Origin: an uncultured Phycisphaerales bacterium
GTDB taxonomy: Bacteria; Planctomycetota; Phycisphaerae; Sedimentisphaerales; Anaerobacaceae
Length of the DNA: 64,000 nt
Assembly: GCA_963718665.1 (NCBI GenBank)
Contig: OY970359.1
Location: 512,001-576,000 of the forward strand
Direction of reading: 5' to 3'
A model generated the notes under the pieces. That model worked only from the letters and a program-made list of their open reading frames with translations. It searched no databases and was not told where the DNA came from. The translations under genes were made by a program, and so were the position numbers. Of this stretch, positions 11,392 to 21,454 are shown one piece after another (the stretch's first letter is position 1; each line of letters opens with the position of its first letter).

Positions 11392-11475
11392 TCAGAAACT
11401 CCTTTACCTCATCCGGCAATCATTCCCCTGACTTATAATTACATCTTCTAATTTTTGACTGTTTATCGAATACTA

Positions 11476-11709
11476 TCAAGAAAGCATCGCCTTGATTTGT
11501 TCGGGCGAAAGGACTTTCCCAGCAACTTTGACCTGTCCGTCTATCACTAGCGCGGGCATCGTCATAACCCCGAACTTCATAATCTCCTTTATGTCCGTCA
11601 CCTTCTCCAGCGTGTGTTCCAAACCAAGCTCCTTCGCGGCGGTCTCAGCATTTTGCGACAACGCCTTGCACTTTGGACAGCCGGAACCGAGAATTTGTAT
11701 CTTCTTCAT
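11476..11709 (-). CDS. Small redox-active disulfide protein (MTH895-like thioredoxin)
   Basis: ILGSGCPKC, GVMTMPALVIDG. Confidence 0.88.
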   Translation of the reverse strand: MKKIQILGSGCPKCKALSQNAETAAKELGLEHTLEKVTDIKEIMKFGVMTMPALVIDGQVKVAGKVLSPEQIKAMLS

Positions 11710-11720
11710 TTTTCAAATCC

Positions 11721-12737
11721 TTACATCACGATATTAAAAAGATAACCTATAATGACAATCCCGACGGCGACGATGCCGAAAAACGTAAAAACAAGTTTGG
11801 GCTTCAATATGTTCCGCAGGATAATCGCTTCAGGCAGCGAAAGCCCTATCACCGCCATCATAAACGCAAGAACTGTCCCCAGCGCGGCCCCCTTTTCCAA
11901 AAGCGCCTTCACAATGGGTATCATCCCCGCGGCGTTGGAATACATCGGGACACCAAACAGCACCGCGGCAGGCACTGACCACCACGCCCCCTTACCCATA
12001 AATGACGCCATAAAATCCTGCGGCACATAACCGTGAATCCCAGCGCCAACCGCTATCCCCAGAATTACATAAATCCAAACCTTTGAAACAATGTCCCTGA
12101 CCGCATTTAAGCCATAGCGAATCCTGTCCTCCCAGTCCATCGCATTTTCCTGTGCTCCCTCGCCCATCCGGGCCTCGAAAACCCAGGGTTCTATGTGCTT
12201 TTCCATATGTAACCTGCCGAGAATCCAGCCGGCAACTATTGCGATTAACAAACCAACCCCCATATAAAGCCCCGCGACCTTCCAGCCGAACATCCCGAAA
12301 AGCATCACTAACGCAATCTCGTTTATCATCGGTGCTGAAATCAAAAATGAAAACGTCACGCCAAGCGGCACGCCAGCCGTCACAAAACCAACGAACAACG
12401 GCACCGCCGAACACGAACAAAAAGGCGTAACCACACCCAGAAGCGCAGCCAGAATATTGCCCACAGTTTCGCTTTTGCCGCTGAGAATTTTTCTTGTCTT
12501 TTCAGGCGTGAAAAACGAGCGAACAATCCCTATCCCGAAAATAATCAGCACAAGCAGCATCAAAACTTTGGGTGTCTCGAAAACGAAAAACTCTACCGCC
12601 GAGCTTAAATGCCCACCCTCCGGCATCTTCAAGAGCGAATACGTGAACCATCGCACGAAAGCCGCCAAGTTCCAGTAAATCAGCCCCCATAGCAGTACCG
12701 CAGTCGTCAGAAACAATGTCCATTTCAGAATCCTCAT
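11721..12737 (-). CDS. ArsP/DUF318-family permease
   Basis: TPFCSCSAVP, GVPMYSN, GLSLPE. Confidence 0.88.
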   Translation of the reverse strand: MRILKWTLFLTTAVLLWGLIYWNLAAFVRWFTYSLLKMPEGGHLSSAVEFFVFETPKVLMLLVLIIFGIGIVRSFFTPEKTRKILSGKSETVGNILAALLGVVTPFCSCSAVPLFVGFVTAGVPLGVTFSFLISAPMINEIALVMLFGMFGWKVAGLYMGVGLLIAIVAGWILGRLHMEKHIEPWVFEARMGEGAQENAMDWEDRIRYGLNAVRDIVSKVWIYVILGIAVGAGIHGYVPQDFMASFMGKGAWWSVPAAVLFGVPMYSNAAGMIPIVKALLEKGAALGTVLAFMMAVIGLSLPEAIILRNILKPKLVFTFFGIVAVGIVIIGYLFNIVM

Positions 12738-12747
12738 TGCCTATGCC

Positions 12748-13083
12748 CTAAAGAACTTTCAATATTTCTTTGTCATCCTTAACTCTTTGTTTCAGCACAC
12801 CCGACATACATTTGAAAAACTCCAGTATGCAGGGGCATTTGAGCCGGTAGATGACCTTCAGCCCTTTCTTGCGGTGTTCCAACACCCCAGCAGCAACCAT
12901 AACTGACAGGTGCCGCGAGACATTTGAACGTTCCGCGCCAATTTGTTCGGCAATATCGCAGACGCATTGCTCGCCGTCCTTTAGAAAATTAATAATTTCG
13001 AGCCGGATAGGATGGCCTATTGCCTGCGCAATCTGGGCTTGTTTTTGAAACAACAGTCGTTTTTTCGAATCAGGCATATTCAT
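12748..13083 (-). CDS. arsR: ArsR/SmtB-family transcriptional repressor
   Basis: HPIRLEI, EQCVCDI, SNVSRHL. Confidence 0.9.
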   Translation of the reverse strand: MNMPDSKKRLLFQKQAQIAQAIGHPIRLEIINFLKDGEQCVCDIAEQIGAERSNVSRHLSVMVAAGVLEHRKKGLKVIYRLKCPCILEFFKCMSGVLKQRVKDDKEILKVL

Positions 13084-13096
13084 TTCCCATCAATGT

Positions 13097-13124
13097 TACT
13101 ATGTGATTACATACTCATATAGTA
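13097..13124. promoter_or_regulatory. Candidate ArsR operator
   Basis: Imperfect inverted repeat TACTATGTGA-N8-TCATATAGTA just upstream of arsR. Confidence 0.55.
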
Positions 13125-13156
13125 TCAAATATGTTTGCCCGGCCAACAACTATTTT

Positions 13157-14608
13157 TCAATATTTTTTACGAAGTCGGGCGGGGGGAATTTTGAGCAGGC
13201 CGCGGTATTTGGCGATCGTTCTTCGGGCAAGGCCCGTGATACCTGCTTCGGTTAGTTTTGTCTTAATCTGGTCGTCGCTGAGGGGCTTCGATTTGTCCTC
13301 GGCGTCGATGATTTCCTGCAGTTTGGCCCTGATTGCCTCCCAGCTTTTCTCGTTACCCTGCGTATCCTCGATGCCACCTGAGAAAAACTTCCTCAAAGGC
13401 AGAATGCCCCATTCGCACTGCACGTACTTGCCGGCAACCGCGCGTGAAACGGTGGCAATATGCACGCCGACGTCCTCGGCAACTTTCGCCATAGGCAACG
13501 GTTTCAAATACAATTGTCCCTTGTCGAAAAATTCCCTCTGCCGATTAACAATCGAACGAGTAACCTTGAGCAGCGTGTTCTTTCGCTGCTGTATCGCGTC
13601 GATTATCCACTGGGCCGAACGAATGTTATTCTGCAAAAACTGTTTCGCGCTATCCCCGACCCTGTCGCCCGAGGCCATTTTAACGTAATCATCGCTTATT
13701 CGCAGCCGGGGCACACCATCCTCCACAAGACGAACCGTATAATCGCCCGTTTCTTCGGAATATTCCACAATCACGTCCGCGGTAATTGGGTGGTTATGGT
13801 TTCTGCCGATTTGCAGACCAGGTGAGGTGTCAAATTTGCTCAGCCGAAGAATAGTGTGGTTAATATCCTCCATCGAACAATTCATTTTCTTCGCTATATC
13901 AGGCAGCCGATTTTCGAGCATATCTTCCAGGTGATTGGTAACAAGGGCCGTCTCAAAACTGACATCCTCGTTACTTTGGTTAATTTGAATCAGCAGGCAT
14001 TCCCGCAGGTCGCGTGCGCCGACACCCGGCGGGTCTAATTTCTGAATCAGCACAATCGCCTTATGCAAATCCTCAAGCGTAAAATCAGTCCGGTCCTTAT
14101 TGTGCAACTGCTCTAATCGAACCGACAGATACCCCTTGTCGTCGATGTAGTCGATAATCATACTGCCCGCCTTTTTCACGGGCTCATCCGCCTCGACCAT
14201 TCGCCACTGGTCTTCGAGGTAATCATGCAGCGACTGCGGCAGTGCGGCAGTGTTATTAATCGCGGCAAGCTTCGGGTCCGGCTCATCCGACCGAGGCCTC
14301 GGATAATCGTCCCTATGCTCGATATAATCCCGCACCTCTTCATCCAGCCGGTCATCACCCTTGTAATCCTCCGCCGGCCCCGCCTTAGGTTCGGTTTGAA
14401 TTTCCGGTTCGGATGTCGCTTCGGCGGCCGTATCCTCCTGCTCCGCCGATTCATCCGCTTCCAAAACAGGATTGTTGTTCAGCTCCTGCTCTATCCTTTC
14501 CTGAAGCGCAAGGAGCGGCAGCTGGAGTATCTCCATCGACTGAATCATGTGCGGAGCCAGCTTCATCTGCTGCTCCAGCCGCATTTGTCCTCGCATTTCA
14601 AGCTTCAT
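13157..14608 (-). CDS. rpoN: RNA polymerase sigma-54 factor
   Basis: Q/L-rich N-terminus, DPPGVGARDLRECL, RpoN box ARRTIAKYR. Confidence 0.97.
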   Translation of the reverse strand: MKLEMRGQMRLEQQMKLAPHMIQSMEILQLPLLALQERIEQELNNNPVLEADESAEQEDTAAEATSEPEIQTEPKAGPAEDYKGDDRLDEEVRDYIEHRDDYPRPRSDEPDPKLAAINNTAALPQSLHDYLEDQWRMVEADEPVKKAGSMIIDYIDDKGYLSVRLEQLHNKDRTDFTLEDLHKAIVLIQKLDPPGVGARDLRECLLIQINQSNEDVSFETALVTNHLEDMLENRLPDIAKKMNCSMEDINHTILRLSKFDTSPGLQIGRNHNHPITADVIVEYSEETGDYTVRLVEDGVPRLRISDDYVKMASGDRVGDSAKQFLQNNIRSAQWIIDAIQQRKNTLLKVTRSIVNRQREFFDKGQLYLKPLPMAKVAEDVGVHIATVSRAVAGKYVQCEWGILPLRKFFSGGIEDTQGNEKSWEAIRAKLQEIIDAEDKSKPLSDDQIKTKLTEAGITGLARRTIAKYRGLLKIPPARLRKKY

Positions 14609-14920
14609 TCTGGCACATCCGGAATATCTTGACGGTTTATGTTCACCGCTTATCTCCTGCCATTATACCAAATACTCTAAAAAGAATCGGCAAGATTCCG
14701 GCAACGAATCCGCCCTGAACTGCCCGCTCCAAGTTACAGGCCAGCTTATCCTGACGGGGGTGGTGAAATGTAAATGATAACGTTCAAACCCCTAAAATTC
14801 CCCAAATTTCACGGGACAATTAACTACTAAACACCTTGCCAACAACAGGAATTTATGTTAATCTGGATTACTTGGCAATTGCTTCCTGGTCCAGTATAGT
14901 TTGAGGGTCAGAGGGAAGGT

Positions 14921-16534
14921 ATGCAATGCTGGTTTATGAAAGTATTATTCTCAGCCACACACCAGGCAACGGTTGAATTGCCGGGTCAGGCAGGCATACT
15001 GGCCGCGGCAGATATACCGTTTAATCCTCTCAAGCTTATAATTCTCGTGGGATGGGTGTATCTGGGGTTGTATTGCGTCCAGCAGGTGGAGTTCAGTTTG
15101 GTAGTGCCCAAAAGCAAAAAGCCGCTCATAAATGTACTGACACTATTATTTGGCCCCATACCGCTGCTAGTTTTCCTGATAAAAGACGTTATCAAAACCC
15201 CCATCGCCGAGCGGGGAAATTTTTTCGGGGCGATAAAAGACCGGTTTTGGGCAATCAGCGAAACCATAAAATCCTCAAAACTGATGGGCGGCTCGAAAGA
15301 AAGCTTTATCAAGCTGCTCGATTCATCCGGCACCGAGCTTAAGGAGCTATATGGCCACGGGAAAATCCGTCGCCAGGACAGCCACATACTCAATTTGACC
15401 GAAAAAATTATATGGGACGCCCTTCAGGACAGGGCAAGCGATATTCTAATTGACCCCAAAAGTGACTCCATATCCATCGTAAGATTTCGCGTTGACGGCG
15501 TGCTGCGGGAAACCAACCAGTTAGAGGCATCCACCTGCCAGGCCATAGTAAACAGCATCAAAGCCATCTCTAATATGGATATCTCCGAAAGACGCAGACC
15601 ACAGGACGGCGCATTTGTCGCCAAGATTCCGGATGGAACGGTCTCTTTCCGGGTGGCAAGCGCGGGCGTACTCAACGGCGAAAAACTGTCGATAAGAATC
15701 CTCAAACAGGACGCCAGCATATACACTCTTGAGAGCATAGGCATGACTGAAAAGCAAAGAAACATCGTCGAAAGCGCCATCAGGAAGCCATCCGGTATGA
15801 TATTACTGTGCGGACCGACGGGCAGCGGCAAGACAACAACGCTTTACGCGATGCTCAATAAAATCGATTTTTACACGCGAAACGTGATAACAGTCGAGGA
15901 CCCAATCGAATACGTCCTGCCCAACACAAGCCAGATTGAGGTCAACCCCAAGGCGGGGATAACATTCGCCAAGTCGCTGCGAAGCATACTGCGCCAGGAC
16001 CCCGACGTAATCGTCGTGGGCGAAATAAGAGACGAGGAGACGGCCGTCATCGCACTTCAGGCCTCACAAACAGGGCATCTTGTTCTGGCGACCGTCCACA
16101 GCAACAGCCCCGCTTCGGCACTGATTCGACTGATGGATTTAAACGTTACCCCATTGATGCTTGCAACAGGCCTGAGCTTGATTATCTCACAAAGATTAAT
16201 CCGCCGGCTGTGCAAATACTGCAAGGCCCCCGCAAAACTAAGCCAGGAACAACTAAGAATCTTTGAAAAAAAGAAGGTCAACTACGCCAACATCTACGAC
16301 GCCGTCGGCTGCGAGAACTGTTACGGAAGCGGGTATTACGGCAGAATCGGAATCTACGATATGCTGACCCTCGATGACGAGCTTAAAAACTCCCTGTCTA
16401 ATAACAAACTGCCAATAGAACAGTTGAGAAAAGAAGGCGACACACGGGGAAAATCAAATATACAAAAACAGGCCTTGTTTAAAGTCGTTACGGGCGTAAC
16501 CAGCATCGACGAAATGAACCGGGTGGTAGGATAA
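14921..16534 (+). CDS. GspE/PilB-family secretion ATPase with N-terminal TM segments
   Basis: RRPQDG, GPTGSGKTTT, TVEDPIE, LRQDPD, GHLVLATVH, two CxxC pairs. Confidence 0.9.
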   Translation: MQCWFMKVLFSATHQATVELPGQAGILAAADIPFNPLKLIILVGWVYLGLYCVQQVEFSLVVPKSKKPLINVLTLLFGPIPLLVFLIKDVIKTPIAERGNFFGAIKDRFWAISETIKSSKLMGGSKESFIKLLDSSGTELKELYGHGKIRRQDSHILNLTEKIIWDALQDRASDILIDPKSDSISIVRFRVDGVLRETNQLEASTCQAIVNSIKAISNMDISERRRPQDGAFVAKIPDGTVSFRVASAGVLNGEKLSIRILKQDASIYTLESIGMTEKQRNIVESAIRKPSGMILLCGPTGSGKTTTLYAMLNKIDFYTRNVITVEDPIEYVLPNTSQIEVNPKAGITFAKSLRSILRQDPDVIVVGEIRDEETAVIALQASQTGHLVLATVHSNSPASALIRLMDLNVTPLMLATGLSLIISQRLIRRLCKYCKAPAKLSQEQLRIFEKKKVNYANIYDAVGCENCYGSGYYGRIGIYDMLTLDDELKNSLSNNKLPIEQLRKEGDTRGKSNIQKQALFKVVTGVTSIDEMNRVVG

Positions 16535-16538
16535 CATT

Positions 16539-17213
16539 ATGGTGTTCTGGATAGGCATATTTATAGCTGTCCTTTTCGCTTACTCGGCGATAAAACTGGG
16601 CTTCTACCACGCATGGACGATGCTGTTTAATTTACTGGTTGCCGTTTACATAGCGGTCCGCATTGGGCCTGTTCTTGAGGAGTTTTTCCCTGCGGCCGTG
16701 AACGGACAATACGGCAAGACACTTTCGCTACTGACAACGGGAACGGGCACATTCCTGATTTTGCAGGGTATCGCATACGTCCTGTTGATAGGCCAGTTCG
16801 AGGTTACCTTCCCGAGGGCTGTTAATATCATCGGCTCAGGCCTTATGGGATTTATGGCGGGATTTCTGGTATGCAGTTTCGCAACGCTTGTTATCTGCAC
16901 CACCCCTTTTTCCCAGCAACAATACGTAAAAGAAATCGGCTTAGACACCAAAACTTTCGAAGAAACCAGAATGCAGTCATACCTGGTCGGGTGGTGTAAG
17001 TTTATGGATACATTCGTCGCATCGGGTAATGATACGGTTGGTGTGGAGAAAACAATCAAAGAGCTGCTGATAAAGCCGGTCAATAATGCTGTCGCAGACG
17101 CCAATGCCAGGGGCGGTTTGAATCGGCCTATTAACACAAATGAACCCAATAACCGCATGAATCCGGCATCTGTACGAATGTCGCCGGAACCGAACAACAT
17201 AATTCCCCCGTAG
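16539..17213 (+). CDS. CvpA-like membrane protein
   Basis: About 4 TM helices with a CvpA-like pattern; coupled to the ATPase gene. Confidence 0.55.
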   Translation: MVFWIGIFIAVLFAYSAIKLGFYHAWTMLFNLLVAVYIAVRIGPVLEEFFPAAVNGQYGKTLSLLTTGTGTFLILQGIAYVLLIGQFEVTFPRAVNIIGSGLMGFMAGFLVCSFATLVICTTPFSQQQYVKEIGLDTKTFEETRMQSYLVGWCKFMDTFVASGNDTVGVEKTIKELLIKPVNNAVADANARGGLNRPINTNEPNNRMNPASVRMSPEPNNIIPP

Positions 17214-17285
17214 TATCTCCCCTTGGCGAAACTTTAGGAAATTATCGAATGCCGTAACGGGCAGAAATTGAATATCCCAACACTT

Positions 17286-19079
17286 TTAGCTGCGCGCCTG
17301 GTCAAGAATCAGGGTCTTGACCTTCTGGCTTGGTAAATTCAGTGCGCCATAAGCTGCTGCTGCTGCTGCACGCAAACCGGGGTCAACATCCTTTGAGCTT
17401 ACCAATCCATAAATAGCGTTTATCGTGGCGTCATCGAGCTTACTGCCGTTAACTTTGGCCGATACAGCCAGCGAACCGAACGCCGTAACACGAATATCCT
17501 GGGAATTGCTCTCGGCCATCGCCATCGCGGCTATGGCCTGCTGGGCTTCTGGCGTATTCAGATATGCAAGTATCTGCCCGGCGAGCATCTGGATTTCCAT
17601 CCTCTTGTCTTTCGTCGCAGCGATAAGTGCGTTCTGTGCCGCAGACAAATCAAGAACCGGGTTACGGGTTTGAGCAATTTTCAGCATTACTTTCGCTGCG
17701 CAAAGCGCGTAGATATCGGCAAGTGAGCTGTTCCACATCGGGATATTGTCCGAGGGCTGTTCTGAACTTTGTGCAAGTGCTTCCGCGAGGTTGGCGACGA
17801 CGAGTTTGCTTTCGGGGAAGGCCTGCTTGGGGCCGGCAGCGGCAATCGCTATCGCGGCGCTGAATTTAACCGCTTTTGAGTCAAATGAAAGGGCTTCGGC
17901 CAGCGGTTGCGATGTGCCTACCCGATAAAACAGCGAGCTTTCGCCCGCCGTAGTCGATAATGCCTCTACAACACCCAATGCGACCTGGGCATCTTTGTCT
18001 TTAATCGCGCGGGCAAGCGCCTGATGCAGATATTCCGGGCCGGCGGTTGTCGCGTATGTCATCGCGTTGGCATGCCCCACGCCGAAATAGCCGGGCATCA
18101 CAACATCGTATGACTCCGCTTTGAAAAACGCGGCAATCCACAATCCTATCGCCTGTCCGAAATTCTCGTCGGCCTTAAGCGCCCACTCGCAGGAGCGCAT
18201 CGCCATCAGCTCGCTGAAATACCGTTTGTCAACCCGCTCGTTGTCAAGCCGGGTGTTCTTGGCGTCCCAGAACCACATATTGGCGAAATTGGCGTCCGCC
18301 GCGGGTGCAAGCGATTCGGCATGATAGTAATAATCCTCACCAAGCTGATAGCAAAGCTGTGCCGCCGGGACTTTCAACGCCGCAGGGTCAATTTTCTTTA
18401 TACTTTCTTCAGCCAGCGACTTAAGCTCCGCGGAACTATCTTTCTCAGCAACATATTTGAGATACGGCAGCGACTGCGGATACCCAATTTTGCCCATTGC
18501 CTTGATGATTTCCGATTTGACGCCGACGTTATTGGTTTGAAGAGCGGCGGCAAGAGGCCTGATGGCTTCTTTGCTCATTTGTCCCAAAGCCGAAGAAATG
18601 TTCGGCCATTCGGCCCTGCGAGCATCATCGCCGAGAGCGTCGAGCATATACATTACCGCGTATTCGCCCGCGTTTTGCAGACGTTTGATTGCGTTAAGCT
18701 GACCACGGCTTGTGCTGCTTAGCCGGGCAATTTCTTCGAGGATGACCTTCGGTTCGGAACGACGTATGAACCTGCCCTGCTCAATTATATCCACAACCTT
18801 GCCGCAAAGACCGGCAAGCTCGGTATCCGTTGAACTATCTTTGGCCTTGACTATCAACGCGTAACCCTGGGGGTTGCCATCGGCCAGCGCAAACAAATCA
18901 AGCGGCGCTGCGTTGCTGTCTAAAATCGCCTGAGCATACCCCTTCGCGAGGTCGAACCGGCCAATATTCAGGTAGTGGAGCAGGTCGTTATAATTTCCTT
19001 CGAGCGTCTCGGCAAATACCGGAGCAGCAAAAATCAGTGCGATACCCACAACCATTACAAGATTATTTCTGTTAAGCAT
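17286..19079 (-). CDS. Secreted HEAT-repeat protein
   Basis: Signal peptide (VFA|E); Ala-rich HEAT-like helical repeats. Confidence 0.7.
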   Translation of the reverse strand: MLNRNNLVMVVGIALIFAAPVFAETLEGNYNDLLHYLNIGRFDLAKGYAQAILDSNAAPLDLFALADGNPQGYALIVKAKDSSTDTELAGLCGKVVDIIEQGRFIRRSEPKVILEEIARLSSTSRGQLNAIKRLQNAGEYAVMYMLDALGDDARRAEWPNISSALGQMSKEAIRPLAAALQTNNVGVKSEIIKAMGKIGYPQSLPYLKYVAEKDSSAELKSLAEESIKKIDPAALKVPAAQLCYQLGEDYYYHAESLAPAADANFANMWFWDAKNTRLDNERVDKRYFSELMAMRSCEWALKADENFGQAIGLWIAAFFKAESYDVVMPGYFGVGHANAMTYATTAGPEYLHQALARAIKDKDAQVALGVVEALSTTAGESSLFYRVGTSQPLAEALSFDSKAVKFSAAIAIAAAGPKQAFPESKLVVANLAEALAQSSEQPSDNIPMWNSSLADIYALCAAKVMLKIAQTRNPVLDLSAAQNALIAATKDKRMEIQMLAGQILAYLNTPEAQQAIAAMAMAESNSQDIRVTAFGSLAVSAKVNGSKLDDATINAIYGLVSSKDVDPGLRAAAAAAYGALNLPSQKVKTLILDQARS

Positions 19080-19231
19080 TGAAAGGTCTCCAAAAACACT
19101 TCGCCACTATCACCCTTAATATCACCGCTTCGCCGGCGTAACTCCCACCGCGACGGCGACTTACAGCCCCCGCCCCCCTGCGGGGAACGATATGGGCATA
19201 AGCATTTGTAGTAATCGTCTTTAGAAGAGTC

Positions 19232-19260
19232 ATACTAAAGATAATTGGGCTGTTTGTCAA
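19232..19260 (-). promoter_or_regulatory. Sigma70-type promoter of the HEAT-repeat gene
   Basis: TTGACA-N17-TAGTAT on the minus strand. Confidence 0.5.
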
Positions 19261-19401
19261 CAAAAAACCCCCCAATGCCCCGCCGATGCCCATATTATCA
19301 GGCGTTGGGCGATTTTTGTCGGGGATGGTTTGATAATCCGTCCTCATAATTAGGGGCGGCTTTAATCATCCGGCGGTGGTTATTTTCTGGAATCAGCGTT
19401 T

Positions 19402-19491
19402 GAGATTGCTTTGTCGTCCCGATAAATCGGGACTCCTCGCAATGACAGAAATTGCGTTTCTTTGTCATTGCGAGCGAAGCGAAGCAATCTC
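19402..19491. repeat. Inverted doublet of GTCATTGCGAG...GCAATCTC palindromic (REP/RPE-like) elements
   Basis: Arms 19402-19446 and 19464-19491; same family at 23996-24074; degenerate copy at about 21243-21270. Confidence 0.8.
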
Positions 19492-19611
19492 AGATTTGGT
19501 AACAAACCATTCCACGGGAATCACAAAATGCCACACTGCCTTTTTGGAAACAGCACCATGCCCCGGTCGTCGCAAGGGCCGGCCGCGAAAAAAAAGTTTG
19601 AATAATTTTTA

Positions 19612-19639
19612 TTGTAAGCGAAACACGTAAAGATATAAT
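19612..19639 (+). promoter_or_regulatory. Sigma70-type promoter of pdaD-speB
   Basis: TTGTAA-N16-TATAAT. Confidence 0.5.
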
Positions 19640-19757
19640 CAGCAACTTACAGCCGGACGGCACACCGGAACGCGGGCGGATAAACTGCCGGAGAGCAAAA
19701 TATTATTGGCATTATTGTGGTTAATAAAACAATAGAATTAGAACACAGGAGAATGAA

Positions 19758-20309
19758 ATGAGAAATCTCGTTCCTACGAGAGTGTTTCTAACCAAGGGTG
19801 TTGGTCGCCACAAGTATCGGCTCAAATCGTTCGAGGACGCGTTAAGGGCGGCAGGTGTGGCTCAGCAGAACCTCGTGCAGGTCTCGTCTATTCTGCCCCC
19901 CCGCTGCAAAGTTGTAAGCAAAGAGGTCGGTCTCAAACGACTGACCCCGGGCGAAATCAGCTACTGCGTTATGGCAAGGTCGGATACCGACGAGCATGGA
20001 CGACTTATCGGCGCGTCCGTCGGGCTGGCTGTACCCAAGGACCGCAACAACTGGGGATACCTCAGCGAAGTCCACGGCTACGGAATGAACGAGCACGAGG
20101 CCGCCGATTTCTCCGAAGACCTTGCTGCCGGAATGCTTGGAACGACTCTCGGCCTCGAAGTTGACCCCAACAAGGCGTGGTCGGAAAAAGAGCAGGTTTA
20201 CAAATCAAGCGGCCTGTTAATCAGAACCACAAACATCACACAGACGGCCCGCGGTATGAGAGACCAGTGGACGACAACAGTGGCGATTGCGATGTTCCTA
20301 TTCGACTAA
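19758..20309 (+). CDS. pdaD: Pyruvoyl-dependent arginine decarboxylase
   Basis: SFEDALRAAG, NLVQVSSILP self-cleavage site, GYLSEVH; followed by agmatinase. Confidence 0.9.
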   Translation: MRNLVPTRVFLTKGVGRHKYRLKSFEDALRAAGVAQQNLVQVSSILPPRCKVVSKEVGLKRLTPGEISYCVMARSDTDEHGRLIGASVGLAVPKDRNNWGYLSEVHGYGMNEHEAADFSEDLAAGMLGTTLGLEVDPNKAWSEKEQVYKSSGLLIRTTNITQTARGMRDQWTTTVAIAMFLFD

Positions 20310-20366
20310 TTACATATCCACCGCGAAGACCGCAGCGAAAATATTATAGAATAATTGGCGGGACCA

Positions 20367-21221
20367 ATGGCAAAGGCAGTGTTTCTCAGCGACATCCCGA
20401 ATCAATACCGCGACCCGGCACGGGCCAAAGTCGTTATTATTCCTGTGCCATACGATGGGACGAGCACTTGGATAAAGGGAGCTAACAAAGGGCCAGCGGC
20501 CATAATCAAAGCTTCTGAAACCGTAGAGAACTACGACATCGAAAGCGACTCTGAGCCATATAAGGTTGGGATATTCACCGACAAACCCGTAACGGAAAAC
20601 AAATCGCCGGAAAAAATGGTCGCCGCCGTCGAAAAACGTGTGAGCGAACATCTGGCAAAGGGCAAATTCCCCGTCCTGCTCGGCGGTGAACATTCCGTAA
20701 GCATCGGCGCGATACAGGCACAGGTGAAAAAATACGGGAAATTAACCGTCCTGCAATTAGACGCGCACGGCGACCTCCGCGACAAATACCACGGCTCGAA
20801 ATACAATCACGCCTGCATTATGGCAAGGGCACAGGATATCTGTAAAACCGTCCAGGTGGGCATACGGAGTATGGACACATCCGAAAAGCCGCGAGCCAAA
20901 AAGAGCAATATGTTTTTCGCTGAGACAATCGCGGGCAAAACCGGCTGGAATAAAAAGGTCTTATCACTGCTCAAGGGCAACGTCTATGTAACGATTGATT
21001 TGGACGTTTTCGACCCGTCGATAATGCCCTCGACCGGCACACCTGAGCCGGGCGGACTTTTGTGGTATGAGGTTTTGGATTTGCTCCGGCCCGTATTCCG
21101 CAAGACCAACGTTACGGGATTCGATGTCGTTGAAATGTGCCCGAATAAAACCAACAAAGCCCCCGACTTCTTAGCCGCAAAATTGGTTTACAAACTGATA
21201 AGCTACAAGTTCGGAAAGTAA
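20367..21221 (+). CDS. speB: Agmatinase
   Basis: GGEHS, DAHGD, DLDVFDP, TGTPEPGG. Confidence 0.93.
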   Translation: MAKAVFLSDIPNQYRDPARAKVVIIPVPYDGTSTWIKGANKGPAAIIKASETVENYDIESDSEPYKVGIFTDKPVTENKSPEKMVAAVEKRVSEHLAKGKFPVLLGGEHSVSIGAIQAQVKKYGKLTVLQLDAHGDLRDKYHGSKYNHACIMARAQDICKTVQVGIRSMDTSEKPRAKKSNMFFAETIAGKTGWNKKVLSLLKGNVYVTIDLDVFDPSIMPSTGTPEPGGLLWYEVLDLLRPVFRKTNVTGFDVVEMCPNKTNKAPDFLAAKLVYKLISYKFGK

Positions 21222-21454
21222 CCCATCCCTTAATAAAATCAATGCCATTGCACGCTTAGCGAAGCAATCTTGTTTCCGAAAGTCGTGTTTTTATAATTCA
21301 ACTTGATCGCGGTTATACTGAAACAGATATTGAGTAATTAATTCTTTATTTTCGTTTCAGTCGGTCAATCTATTTTCGCAGCATCTCTTTATCTACAGGC
21401 CAGAAGATCTGGTGGCTATTTGGGCATAATATTAGAGTTCTATAGCACTAATGC

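Noticed and set aside
8992..13083. Selenoproteins in the ars/redox operon
   Set aside because: All redox motifs use Cys codons; no in-frame TGA is needed.
19125..19200. Structured RNA upstream of the HEAT-repeat gene
   Set aside because: GC-rich with possible small stems only; no recognisable family or second copy.
19640..19757. Riboswitch in the pdaD-speB leader
   Set aside because: Short GC-rich stretch, but no guanidine or other aptamer consensus that I can match.
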